A DNA stretch of 43,663 bases, taken from an uncultured Candidatus Poseidoniales archaeon. Lineage in GTDB: Archaea > Thermoplasmatota > Poseidoniia > Poseidoniales > Thalassarchaeaceae. Below the pieces are notes generated by a model. It worked only from the letters and a program-made list of their open reading frames with translations, searched no databases and was not told the DNA's origin. Position 1 is the first letter of the stretch; every line of letters starts with the position of its first letter. Where the stretch lies: assembly GCA_964645485.1 (NCBI GenBank), contig CAZXZO010000016.1, positions 1 through 43,663 on the forward strand. The letters are read 5' to 3'. The position numbers and the translations under genes are program-made. Positions 1-9,365 of the stretch are shown here, piece after piece.

Positions 1-572
1 AGTTCGCCATCTGGTGGTTTACCAGTTTTCAAATCAGCAACAATCCAACCAACTGTATTTCCATCCTCGTCGCGGTCAGCAATCAACAAGTCAAGTCTAC
101 CCATCAATCTACCACATGAAGAGCGAAGAGTACCTTCTGCAGACAATACCATTTCCTGAATATCTCGCCACTGCCCTACAGTTATGGATGTCAAAGAAAC
201 CTGCTTGTATCCAGCTTTCGAGAATAGTATATTCAAAGCGCCAATCAATTGTTTTTGAGCCTGTTCAAATTCTTCTTCTTTCCATTTTGGATGGCGCGCT
301 GTGTTGAAGAATTTCTCTCTTTCATCATCCCATTGTCTTGTAAGAATTGATTTTGCTGTGGCTGGAAGCCATCCATCCTCTTCAGCATCTCTGCCACTAA
401 GATCAAGATTACATAAATCCTCAACCGAATCGTGAACTGCTGTACCCAGGGAAGCAGCCATGCCTGCCTTGCGCGGTAAACGTTGACGAGATAACCAAAA
501 TTTTCGTGGGCAGGCCTCAAAATTATTCCAAGCAGAGGGGGAAAGTGAATGCGACCTTCTCCTGTTTACCAT
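1..572 (-). CDS. PD-(D/E)XK nuclease family protein (RecB-family/Cas4-like), 3' end runs off the window; absent from the ORF track
   Basis: Manual translation from ATG at 572: MVNRRRSHSLSPSAWNNFEACPRKFWL...LGTAVHDSVE...LMGRLDLLIAD...WIVADLKTGKPP; open to the window edge; SD-like GGGGTGA 7 nt upstream of the ATG. Confidence 0.85.
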   Translation of the reverse strand, partial: MVNRRRSHSLSPSAWNNFEACPRKFWLSRQRLPRKAGMAASLGTAVHDSVEDLCNLDLSGRDAEEDGWLPATAKSILTRQWDDEREKFFNTARHPKWKEEEFEQAQKQLIGALNILFSKAGYKQVSLTSITVGQWRDIQEMVLSAEGTLRSSCGRLMGRLDLLIADRDEDGNTVGWIVADLKTGKPPDGE

Positions 573-651
573 GTCCAATTCACCCCTGTATGACAAGCCC
601 GTCTGACTATCTGCAGAGTGCCCCAAGCATTAATGCCATCGGCGTCAACGG

Positions 652-1455
652 GTGACTATGGCTGACCTACCTTTAGTCAAAGTTGATGATAGCATTGATG
701 CAAACGGGGCTATGGTGGTGTCATGTTTTCCAACCGTAAGTATGGTATCAAACATCGTAGCACATTTTTTGGTTGAAAGTCTTGATCTACAATTTGTCGG
801 TGGCGTTCGAGATTCGAGACTACCTGCTGTATGCTTGGTTCAAGATGGTGAACCATTACCACCTATTCGAATTTATGCGGGTGAACCGAATTGTACAATT
901 GAAGGGTGTGACAAGTTGATTGTTGTGCTATCAGACATTCAGGTTCACGGACGTTTAGCACTACCACTTACCGAAGCCCTATTTGCATGGAGTAAGGAAG
1001 CAAATATTAGTTCAGCAATCTTGATTGACGCCTTTGCTCATGGTGTTGAATCACCTCATGAATTGGTTGATGATGATGATTCAGATGAGACTATACTCGG
1101 TATAGGTGCTACTGAGTCCACCCGCGAAAAACTAACCGAAATGGGTGTTCCTCTACTAAAACACGGGGTTGTAGGTGGTATGACTGGTGTAATGATGGGA
1201 GAAGGAAGACGCCGCGGAATAGAAATTAGTGCAATTTTAGCAGAAGCAAATCCTGCTATTCCTGATGCTAGAGCAGCGGCAAGAATTATTGAGAAACTCA
1301 ATTTATTATTCCCTGCAGTCACACTTGATGCAGAACCACTCATTGAAGAAGCGGCAAGAATTGAAGAACAAATCAAGGCGATGCTTAGTCACCAACTCTC
1401 TGCAAGTGATGAGGGCGATGATGATGATGGTCCTTCTGCAATGCTCTACGGCTGA
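652..1455 (+). CDS. PAC2-family proteasome assembly chaperone-like protein
   Basis: FPTVSMVSNIVAHFLVESLDL, GGMTGVMM, ILAEANPAIPDARAAARIIE, LIEEAARIEEQIK and acidic tail ending MLYG (HbYX-like end). Start may be ATG 658. Confidence 0.85.
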   Translation: MTMADLPLVKVDDSIDANGAMVVSCFPTVSMVSNIVAHFLVESLDLQFVGGVRDSRLPAVCLVQDGEPLPPIRIYAGEPNCTIEGCDKLIVVLSDIQVHGRLALPLTEALFAWSKEANISSAILIDAFAHGVESPHELVDDDDSDETILGIGATESTREKLTEMGVPLLKHGVVGGMTGVMMGEGRRRGIEISAILAEANPAIPDARAAARIIEKLNLLFPAVTLDAEPLIEEAARIEEQIKAMLSHQLSASDEGDDDDGPSAMLYG

Positions 1456-1461
1456 TCTCGA

Positions 1462-3711
1462 TTAGAAATCAGAGAGTGAGGTTTGTCCATTTCCGCCTTG
1501 GTTTTCTGATTCCTCTTCTTCATCCTTAGGTTTGTCAAGTTTTGGCACTGTTTCTTGCTTTACTTCACTAGGTGATGGCGTGATTTTACCAATCATGTCA
1601 CTTAGTTCTTGCTCGGACAAGACTTTGACACTCAATCGGTTTGCTTTGTCAAGTTTTGAGCCAGCATTTTCGCCAGCCACCAAATAATCTAGTTTACCAC
1701 TAACTGAAGTTGTAGTTTTGCCCCCAACCGATTTGATTTGTAATTCAACCTCTTTCCTAGGCCTACTCAAAGCGCCAGTCAAACAGAAGGTCAAACCAAG
1801 CAGTGAGCCTGTTGCTACTCGCTTCTCAACATCTGAAATGGTGAGTGCCTCATTGAGTCTACTAATCACATCTTGCCGCTGTGCAAGTCCATTCAACAAT
1901 CGCTCAGCAACCGTTGAACCAACACCATCGATTTCAATCAATGACGCTATCGCATCGTTGTGTTTTGCTTGATTACCATCATCATCTGTTGCTGGCGCAT
2001 CATTTCTATGCTCAACTAATTCCATCAATGATTCCAAACTACCAACATTTTCAGCAAATGCTTCAGCCAATTCTGGCCCTATTTTTGGTAAGCCAAGGGC
2101 TGCTAAAAATTGTGTTAATGTCAGATTTCTTGTAGCCTCAATTTCCGCCAACACATTAGAGGCTGATTTCTCAGCCATTCGCTCAAGTGTGAGTAAATTT
2201 TGCATATCTAAATTATACATATCTGCAATAGAATCTACTAAACCTGATTCAGATAACTGTTCGGCTAATTTCACACCGATTCCATCCATTTCCAATGCTC
2301 GGCACCAATAAATTAGCGAGTGTACCTGACGAGCCCCACATGACAAATCTAAACATTTGAGAAAGGCTCCATCAATTACCAAATCATTGTCACATTTAGG
2401 GCATTTGTCTGGAATATTTATCGCTTCTTTTGGTGGTAATTTACCATCGAATTCTTCGCCGTTAGCATGCTTCCTTCCGACCAAATCAGCTTTGGTAGCC
2501 CGACCTAATGATTCTATCACTTTAGGAATGACGTCGCCTCTACGAACTACTCGAACTTTGTCACCGACATTGATCCCCAGTCTCTCTACTTCCCCTGCAT
2601 TATGGAGAGTCGTTTTTTCAACAGTCACACCAGAAACCACCACTGGGGCAACATGTGCAACGGGTGTCACTGCGCCCGTGCGTCCGGTTTGCCACTCAAC
2701 CCTCATTAGTACCGTTGTAGCCTGTTCGGGAGGGAATTTCCATGCTAGAGCCCATCTTGGATGGTGAGCAGTCATGCCCAGTAATTTTCGCTTTTCAAAA
2801 TTATCAAGTTTGAACACAATCCCATCAATTTCCCAATCAAAATTATCACGGTTTTCAGTATAATCAACAGTTAAAGCAACCATTCCTTTGCAAACATCTT
2901 CTGCACTTTCAGACTCAATAACTGTATCTCCAGCAATTGAAATTCCTTGCTCTTGTAACCATTTTGCTGCTTGAGAATCCGATTTCATAAATTCAGGTTC
3001 AGGTGAATCTGGATGACGTGAATCTGCGCCTACAAACCTTACATCATATGCATAAAATTCGAGGTGCTCTGCTTTGGCTTTACCAGTTTCAATGTGTTTT
3101 TGACGCAATGCTCCTGCAGCCAAATTTCTTGGATTCGGAGCAATTTTTGCATATACATCACGAAATATTGCAAGTGGCATTACCACCTCGCCGCGAACAT
3201 GGCAATCACCTGGCCACGGGATTTCAAATGGAATATTGGGTATACGCCTAGCATTTGCTGTTACATCTTCACCCCTTTCACCACTTCCTCTAGTGGCTGC
3301 TCTGACCAATTTTCCTCGTCTATATTCAAGTGATAGTGCTGAGCCATCCAATTTTGGTTGGGCGATAAATCTCCTGCCTTGAGCAGTAGTCTCTGTAACA
3401 AAATGACGGATCTCATCTTCTGTCGTTGCCTTATCCAAACTACGCATTGGAAACATGTGCACCACTTTTACTGAACCAGGAGCAACATCGGCACCCACCA
3501 TGTTGAGTTGTGGGTGTTGAGGGGATATTCGCTTCAACTCATCCCATAATTCGTCAAATTCAGCATCCGTTATCTCGGGTGCTGCAAGATTGTAGTAAAG
3601 GTGAGAATGATGGGCTATTTCAGTGGCTAACTCTTGTATTCTGGCTAGGAGTGAGTCAGCCTCGATTTCACCCTCGGATGAACCGTCATCACTCCCCTCG
3701 CCGGCCATCAT
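1462..3711 (-). CDS. ligA: NAD+-dependent DNA ligase (bacterial type)
   Basis: Domain Ia YYNLAAPEITDAEFD; adenylation motif QPKLDG; RGSGERGEDVT; EIDGIVFK; OB fold RRGDVIPKV; C4 zinc finger CPKC...C...C; HhH repeats; BRCT GLTFCLTG...AGSKLDKA. Confidence 0.97.
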   Translation of the reverse strand: MMAGEGSDDGSSEGEIEADSLLARIQELATEIAHHSHLYYNLAAPEITDAEFDELWDELKRISPQHPQLNMVGADVAPGSVKVVHMFPMRSLDKATTEDEIRHFVTETTAQGRRFIAQPKLDGSALSLEYRRGKLVRAATRGSGERGEDVTANARRIPNIPFEIPWPGDCHVRGEVVMPLAIFRDVYAKIAPNPRNLAAGALRQKHIETGKAKAEHLEFYAYDVRFVGADSRHPDSPEPEFMKSDSQAAKWLQEQGISIAGDTVIESESAEDVCKGMVALTVDYTENRDNFDWEIDGIVFKLDNFEKRKLLGMTAHHPRWALAWKFPPEQATTVLMRVEWQTGRTGAVTPVAHVAPVVVSGVTVEKTTLHNAGEVERLGINVGDKVRVVRRGDVIPKVIESLGRATKADLVGRKHANGEEFDGKLPPKEAINIPDKCPKCDNDLVIDGAFLKCLDLSCGARQVHSLIYWCRALEMDGIGVKLAEQLSESGLVDSIADMYNLDMQNLLTLERMAEKSASNVLAEIEATRNLTLTQFLAALGLPKIGPELAEAFAENVGSLESLMELVEHRNDAPATDDDGNQAKHNDAIASLIEIDGVGSTVAERLLNGLAQRQDVISRLNEALTISDVEKRVATGSLLGLTFCLTGALSRPRKEVELQIKSVGGKTTTSVSGKLDYLVAGENAGSKLDKANRLSVKVLSEQELSDMIGKITPSPSEVKQETVPKLDKPKDEEEESENQGGNGQTSLSDF

Positions 3712-3806
3712 ACAGCGATGATGGCGGGCCCTCTAAAACTCATTGATTGAAGTGGCTTTTTTACTAATTTCAAGGGCTAATTACACCACTTTTCAACACA
3801 AATGTA

Positions 3807-4358
3807 CTATTCTTCTGATTCGTTGACAAATAAATGCCATTCATCACTTTGCAGAGCCTCAATTCTTGCAGCCACTTGCTCCAAATCAGATAACGTTCCA
3901 CCAAGTGGGAGTGGGGCAAAAATCCACCATCCTTTGCGTTGCAAGACAATCCTGTTGCCACCATTCCATTCATCCCAACGCAATGAATCCCATGGATATT
4001 GAAATCCATCAGCAAAAAGATGTGTTTTACTGATTGAATACCGTTTCGTCATCATCAACCAAAGACAATGAATCCCAAGCAAAATGTCGTAAATTAAAAC
4101 TGAAATTACCGGGGTACCACTACTCTCAACAAATGGCCAGGGCAGCGCCATCATGATTCCAAGGGTGATTAACGAAGTGCCGTTTCTCATTATTTCTCTT
4201 GAAGAATCTGATTCCCATGCATAACCACCAGAACTGAGCGAGCCTAGTGAACTAATTTCTTCTTTTGTGCGTAAAAGACGGTATCCATCATACAGCACTA
4301 TTGTTGCAACTAAACAGACTACAGCCCAAGCCACGGCTGTGGTTTGGTCAAGTGCCAA
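3807..4358 (-). CDS. Hypothetical membrane protein (about 3 TM helices plus soluble C-terminal domain, possibly bacterial PH-like)
   Basis: 183-aa ORF with three hydrophobic segments; TTG start 9 nt after the upstream stop with SD GAGGTGG. Confidence 0.7.
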   Translation of the reverse strand: MALDQTTAVAWAVVCLVATIVLYDGYRLLRTKEEISSLGSLSSGGYAWESDSSREIMRNGTSLITLGIMMALPWPFVESSGTPVISVLIYDILLGIHCLWLMMTKRYSISKTHLFADGFQYPWDSLRWDEWNGGNRIVLQRKGWWIFAPLPLGGTLSDLEQVAARIEALQSDEWHLFVNESEE

Positions 4359-4367
4359 TTTTCCACC

Positions 4368-7300
4368 TCAAACGCCATCTTGGTCGCCAAATTCTGAGCG
4401 TGAACCACGCAAGAAAATTACTACCACTACAATGATTAGAACAAAGACTGGTAATACTACCGAAGGTGATAACAAACCACCACCCTCAGAACCGCTGTCA
4501 GCACCAGTGATAGATGGATTTAGAGGGTCTGCATCTGCACTATCCAATGTACCATCGTTGTCATCATCGTCGTCTTCAATCAAATCTGTTTCACAATTTG
4601 GTAACAATGAATTTGGCATACCATCCATATCATGGTCTGAATGTGCACAAGGGTCGGTTGGGAATACATCTCGAGCATCAGAAATTCTGTCATTATCATC
4701 ATCATCATCGTAAATATCAGGCCCACAATAGCGGTCCTCAGTCAAATCATACCAAGCATTTGGACCATCGGTTGAACAGGAATCTATGAAATCGCCATCA
4801 GCATCATCTAGCACGACTGTGATTGTCATCGCATCCTCTGCAGTTCCACCCCAAGCATCTGTTACCTTTACAGTAACAATGTAAACACCAACTTCTCCAA
4901 GACTAGAGACAGAACCCGAACTCCCCGTGAACATTTGAGTTCCTGGAGGATTTTCTCCTTGTGCGCGCATATACCAAGTGTAACTCAATTCTTCATCTAG
5001 TACACTATCTGCATCATACCCTGTAGCACTAAAGTTGACCTCTGAGCCCTCTTGTACTTCTTGTCCCAAAAATGGCAATGTTATACTCACCTGTGGGTCA
5101 ATATTCTTAGTTAATTCAACCATAACCTGACGGTCTGAAAATTCACCGGGGATAAACGAGCCTTCACTCTCAACATAAGTTGGAGCATTTGCTCTCCACA
5201 CGGCCACCCCCGCAACGGTTGTACCAGACTCCGACCAACTTTGGTAAATTATTGGAATTGTTGCACTTCCTGAACTTGTGTTTGCGTTGATTGTCTGGTC
5301 ACTGATTGCTCCATCAAAAGCATTGACAGTAACAACCAAAGATGCTTCAGTAAGGATAGCACCGGTATCATCAGTTGCGACCAATTGCCAAGTTGAGCCG
5401 ACAACGACTGTTGCTGCATCACTAACCAATATATTGGATGAATCCATTGCCACAGGATTCCAAATTTGTGATACGAATTCTTTGCTTCCTGATGCCTCTA
5501 TCGCTCCTTGAATTGTTTCTGATTGGGAAATAAAAGCCAATCCATTTGCAGCATATGCTGTCTGTGAATCATGGGTGTTTCCACTGAATGTAGTCAGTGG
5601 CATCTCCAAATCACCCTCTTGTCCACTCAATAGAACTGAAGTCGCATAATTATCAAAACTACATTCTGATACTTGTGAAGCATCTGCCCTTGCCCCTACA
5701 ATTTCTAGAGCAACACCTGTGCCATCACCCTGAAAATCAACATTGTTTATGTTAATCGTGCTGTGGTCAATTACCAATCCTAGAGGACCCCAGATATTAC
5801 TATCAGACAGTGTGAATAGGTCGGACCATTCTACTGAAATTGCTGGTGTCAAAGTCTGTCCAGTAAGATTCGCTCCAGATATCAAGAGAGATGAATCAAC
5901 CATCTCTAGATGCATAGCTGGTCCACTTCCATCGTGGTCGTTTCCATCAATATCAATTACAGAACCACTGCTTCCCCGAAGGTGAAGCCCTTTCTCATTT
6001 CCAGTTCCAAGGGTGATATTACTGAAATCAATAGATGATTGTGTCAGTAATGCTGCTGACTGACTACAATCTTGGATGACTGTATTACTCAATGTAATTT
6101 GACCTCCGTTGCCGAAAATACAATTATCAGACTGATGTAAAAGTGAATTTGAAACCGAAATTTCCCCAGAACCACTAACAAAAATTGGTGCATTTGAGAG
6201 AATCATTCCTTCAAGGTTAGTTGTTGATGCAGATGGGCCGATAGTCAGAGAACCACCCATCAATTGGCTATCTGACATTACCGCTGTGCCTCCATCTAAC
6301 AGTGATACCCCATTCCAATCACTGCCAATAATACTGGCTTGTGAGGCTTCCAACACACCACTTACTGAGATTCCTCTATCAGCCTTGACACTGAGAGATG
6401 AATAAGGTTGAAGCGTTAGAGTTGTTCCTGTTGTAATCGTAAGATTATCATCGAGATAGTAGGGTGTAAAAGCGGCATCAAGGCGCAACCATTCTGCTAA
6501 GTATCCACCACTAACTGTTGACATCATGATATTGACTGAAGTTGGTGCGGTTGGGTCCCAACTACGAATCTGACTGTGTCCATTTCTCAGCACATAGACT
6601 TGTAGAAGGCCTGTACTTGAATCTGAAACTTCAGTCACATTGCGATAAGTTGCTGAAAAAAGTGCAATACCATCTTGATTTGTATCCACCTGATTTCCTT
6701 GCACTGTTACTGTTGCACCTTCAACAGGTTCACCGAAATCAACTACTCTAATTTGAGCGATATTACTTAGTGAAAAATAGCCACCCATTGAGGGATGAAT
6801 TGTACCTGCAACAGTTCCATCATAGATATTTAGTCGGCAAGTTTGTTCTAGGTAAAAATCCCCTTCAACATGCAAACCAGACCAGACATGTTCTGTTAAC
6901 GAGCAACTGTGATGAACATCGTTCTGAACTAGTAAGCCAGCCCCAACTCCTTCAATTGCATTCGGGCCAGTCGTCCTTACTACTGCATCAGTTGAACCAT
7001 TTTCACCAATTAATTTGCCACTTCCTTCAACTATGATTTCACCATTTGGCACGGCCAAATGTGCATTCTTCAAAGTTAGAGATGCAGATGTTGAAATCGT
7101 CACATCGCCTCCAGAGGGTGCAGTGTAATTATCGCCAATTAATACCGCATGGACGCCAATTGGAATTACCCACGCACCGGTGGTTGGAATTACCGGGAGT
7201 TGTAAGTTTCCACCCGGTGGCGAAATTACATCTGTGACGCCATAAACCCCATCATCTGCAGAAACATCGCTTCCACTAGTCAACAACGGCAAAACAACTT

Positions 7301-9077
7301 CACCATTTGAGTCCGTTATCTCATTGAATCCATGGGATTCAACATTGACACCAACAATTGCGATATCAGAAAGATCTGTAACTGATATTGTTGATTCTGT
7401 AAATTCATCTGCTAAAGCCATGTTGACACGGGCATTTGAGCCACCAAACAGGAGAGTCCCGTCTCCTTCAGCATCCCAAAGCCCATTGGAGGATTGGGCC
7501 GGAAGATTTCGTACGATTGCCGTTTGGTCGATGTTGACCAAAAGTGTGGACCCACCGTGCGACGCACCTGTCCAGTCAGATACGTGTAAATCTCCATCAA
7601 CCACGTGAACCCCGTGAAGTGAACTACTTGTGGCGAGAGAATCAAGGGCTACTGAACCCCCATCAATGTGAATCCCGTTACCGGCCTGAACACCACCCAT
7701 GTTTACACTAAGAGAACTTCCACCCAACTCACAATCTGTACGGCACTGCGCTCCATCAGACCAACCTGAGAGGGTTAATCCATCAACAACCACAACTGCC
7801 CAAGTTACCGCTAATCCAATAGATGATGAATCTGAATAAAGATAGCCTCGCGAAATGCTTGTTGTGTCAAAAGTATGTTTTCCACTAATCAATTCTAATC
7901 CGTTTGATGACGAATCAGTAGTCAGTGTTGAATCATCCCAAGATGAATCTACCCCTGAAAAATAACCCATATCCGAGGTTGCGGAAAAGGTTGAAGATTC
8001 GCTTTCAAAACTCCCTGTTCCGCTGATATCAAAAACCGAACCACTGGTTGAAATTGAACTATCCTCGATAACGTTCAATCCACTTCCTGTAAACCGTAAT
8101 CCACTATCAAAACCACTGAGAGTAGAATTGCTGATGGTGAATGTGCCAACAGTATCAGCGGCAACCATCCATCCGGTAGCCCCACTGCCATTAATCACAA
8201 AATTATCAAGAGTGACATCACCAACACTACTGCCCACAACTAAGCGGTCTAGGTTTTCACCCACCACATCTTCAATCTCTAACCCATCACTGTTTATCGC
8301 ATCAAGCAATAGAGTTGAATCATCTACGCGCAAAGAATCTACAGTAAAAGAAGAGATACCGCGACTAAGAACAGAAATTGAAAGATTGTCGAAATCAAGA
8401 TTAGAAGCCCCACCATTTGAACCGTCAAAAATTAACAAACCTATACCTGATTGAGAAACCTCCAAACCATTGAGTGTAAGGGAACCACCATTTTCAACCC
8501 CATTACCTGAGGCCGAAACCGAAATCGAATTTGCTAAGGCACTACCCCCGCTAACAACAGAAATACAGGTGAAATCTACATTTTCACAATTTAAGTCCGA
8601 TATAGATGCACTGCCACTTATGTCGGTACCGATGTATGAATACTCAACAGTAATGTTGTCTAAAATTGCTGAACCTGCAACATCAAAAATCGTGCGTCCT
8701 CTTGAGACCGTTACCCACGATGCATCAATGTCACCACTTGATGATACAAGAAATCCATCCCACCATCCAGTATTGCTATTGAATCCGCCTGGGTTGTTAT
8801 TATTCGTAATTGAAACGGGACTCGCTTGTGTTCCCAAAATTTCAACTGTTCCGTCTACTGTAATTAGATAGTCGCCAGTAACTGTAATTTGTGTTCCCGC
8901 TTCAATTGTCAGGGTTCTAGATGCTGTGACAAGAATATCATCATCAATTGTTACTGAACCAGACCAATGTGTATCTGCTGAAATCACTGTTGCTTCTGTA
9001 GCAAAAGGAAACGCTGCAAAAAAGGAAGTTATCATCAATAAAGTCAGAGTCATTGCTCTCACTGCACTGCCGCTCAT
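4368..9077 (-). CDS. Large cell-surface protein: signal peptide, right-handed beta-helix modules, Ig-like linkers, PKD-like domain, TSP3-like Ca-binding repeats, C-terminal TM anchor
   Basis: N-terminal hydrophobic signal; TLTIEAGT..GT..PVSIT...WDG beta-helix cap; S/G/D/T-rich repeats; GVYIVTVKVTDAWG; DDADGDFID, DDDDDNDRISD, SDHDMDGMPN, DDDDDNDGTLD; terminal hydrophobic helix followed by R. Confidence 0.85.
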   Translation of the reverse strand: MSGSAVRAMTLTLLMITSFFAAFPFATEATVISADTHWSGSVTIDDDILVTASRTLTIEAGTQITVTGDYLITVDGTVEILGTQASPVSITNNNNPGGFNSNTGWWDGFLVSSSGDIDASWVTVSRGRTIFDVAGSAILDNITVEYSYIGTDISGSASISDLNCENVDFTCISVVSGGSALANSISVSASGNGVENGGSLTLNGLEVSQSGIGLLIFDGSNGGASNLDFDNLSISVLSRGISSFTVDSLRVDDSTLLLDAINSDGLEIEDVVGENLDRLVVGSSVGDVTLDNFVINGSGATGWMVAADTVGTFTISNSTLSGFDSGLRFTGSGLNVIEDSSISTSGSVFDISGTGSFESESSTFSATSDMGYFSGVDSSWDDSTLTTDSSSNGLELISGKHTFDTTSISRGYLYSDSSSIGLAVTWAVVVVDGLTLSGWSDGAQCRTDCELGGSSLSVNMGGVQAGNGIHIDGGSVALDSLATSSSLHGVHVVDGDLHVSDWTGASHGGSTLLVNIDQTAIVRNLPAQSSNGLWDAEGDGTLLFGGSNARVNMALADEFTESTISVTDLSDIAIVGVNVESHGFNEITDSNGEVVLPLLTSGSDVSADDGVYGVTDVISPPGGNLQLPVIPTTGAWVIPIGVHAVLIGDNYTAPSGGDVTISTSASLTLKNAHLAVPNGEIIVEGSGKLIGENGSTDAVVRTTGPNAIEGVGAGLLVQNDVHHSCSLTEHVWSGLHVEGDFYLEQTCRLNIYDGTVAGTIHPSMGGYFSLSNIAQIRVVDFGEPVEGATVTVQGNQVDTNQDGIALFSATYRNVTEVSDSSTGLLQVYVLRNGHSQIRSWDPTAPTSVNIMMSTVSGGYLAEWLRLDAAFTPYYLDDNLTITTGTTLTLQPYSSLSVKADRGISVSGVLEASQASIIGSDWNGVSLLDGGTAVMSDSQLMGGSLTIGPSASTTNLEGMILSNAPIFVSGSGEISVSNSLLHQSDNCIFGNGGQITLSNTVIQDCSQSAALLTQSSIDFSNITLGTGNEKGLHLRGSSGSVIDIDGNDHDGSGPAMHLEMVDSSLLISGANLTGQTLTPAISVEWSDLFTLSDSNIWGPLGLVIDHSTININNVDFQGDGTGVALEIVGARADASQVSECSFDNYATSVLLSGQEGDLEMPLTTFSGNTHDSQTAYAANGLAFISQSETIQGAIEASGSKEFVSQIWNPVAMDSSNILVSDAATVVVGSTWQLVATDDTGAILTEASLVVTVNAFDGAISDQTINANTSSGSATIPIIYQSWSESGTTVAGVAVWRANAPTYVESEGSFIPGEFSDRQVMVELTKNIDPQVSITLPFLGQEVQEGSEVNFSATGYDADSVLDEELSYTWYMRAQGENPPGTQMFTGSSGSVSSLGEVGVYIVTVKVTDAWGGTAEDAMTITVVLDDADGDFIDSCSTDGPNAWYDLTEDRYCGPDIYDDDDDNDRISDARDVFPTDPCAHSDHDMDGMPNSLLPNCETDLIEDDDDDNDGTLDSADADPLNPSITGADSGSEGGGLLSPSVVLPVFVLIIVVVVIFLRGSRSEFGDQDGV

Positions 9078-9181
9078 ACATCGCCGATGAGGTGCACCCC
9101 CTTCAATCTCTTCGGCTATCCGTCTTTTCGCCTATCGACGAATTCAGATTGCTGCTTTGGCTTCTTTGAATAACGCAAATC

Positions 9182-9203
9182 TGGTGGGCCCGTCCGGATT
9201 TGA
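9182..9203 (-). repeat. Duplicate of the tRNA-Pro 3' end (att-like direct repeat), carrying CCA
   Basis: 9185-9203 tgggcccgtccggatttga is identical to 9366-9384; on the minus strand it reads TCAAATCCGGACGGGCCCA followed by CCA (9182-9184). Confidence 0.92.
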
Positions 9204-9365
9204 TGTTCAACCTTGCTTGTGAAAGCAGATTAGGTTGAACATGCGAAGGATGCTATGCATCCGGAAGCAACTGAGAGTTGGACGATTTTCAACCGAATTT
9301 CTTTTGAGGAAACTCGCAGTGAAAATCCGGCGAACCATCAACCCCAATCATGTTGGAATCTTAGA
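9204..9365. mobile_element. Putative micro-island or remnant of a tRNA-Pro-integrated element (162 bp, non-coding, hairpin-rich)
   Basis: Lies exactly between tRNA-Pro and the duplicate 3' end; no integrase; contains 11-bp and 6-bp inverted repeats. Confidence 0.55.

Noticed and set aside
9270-9330. RNase P RNA (GAGGAAA...) or hammerhead (CUGA...GAA) resemblance
   Set aside because: Only short fragments match; the hammerhead core CUGANGA is not met and I found no RNase P 3' conserved region.
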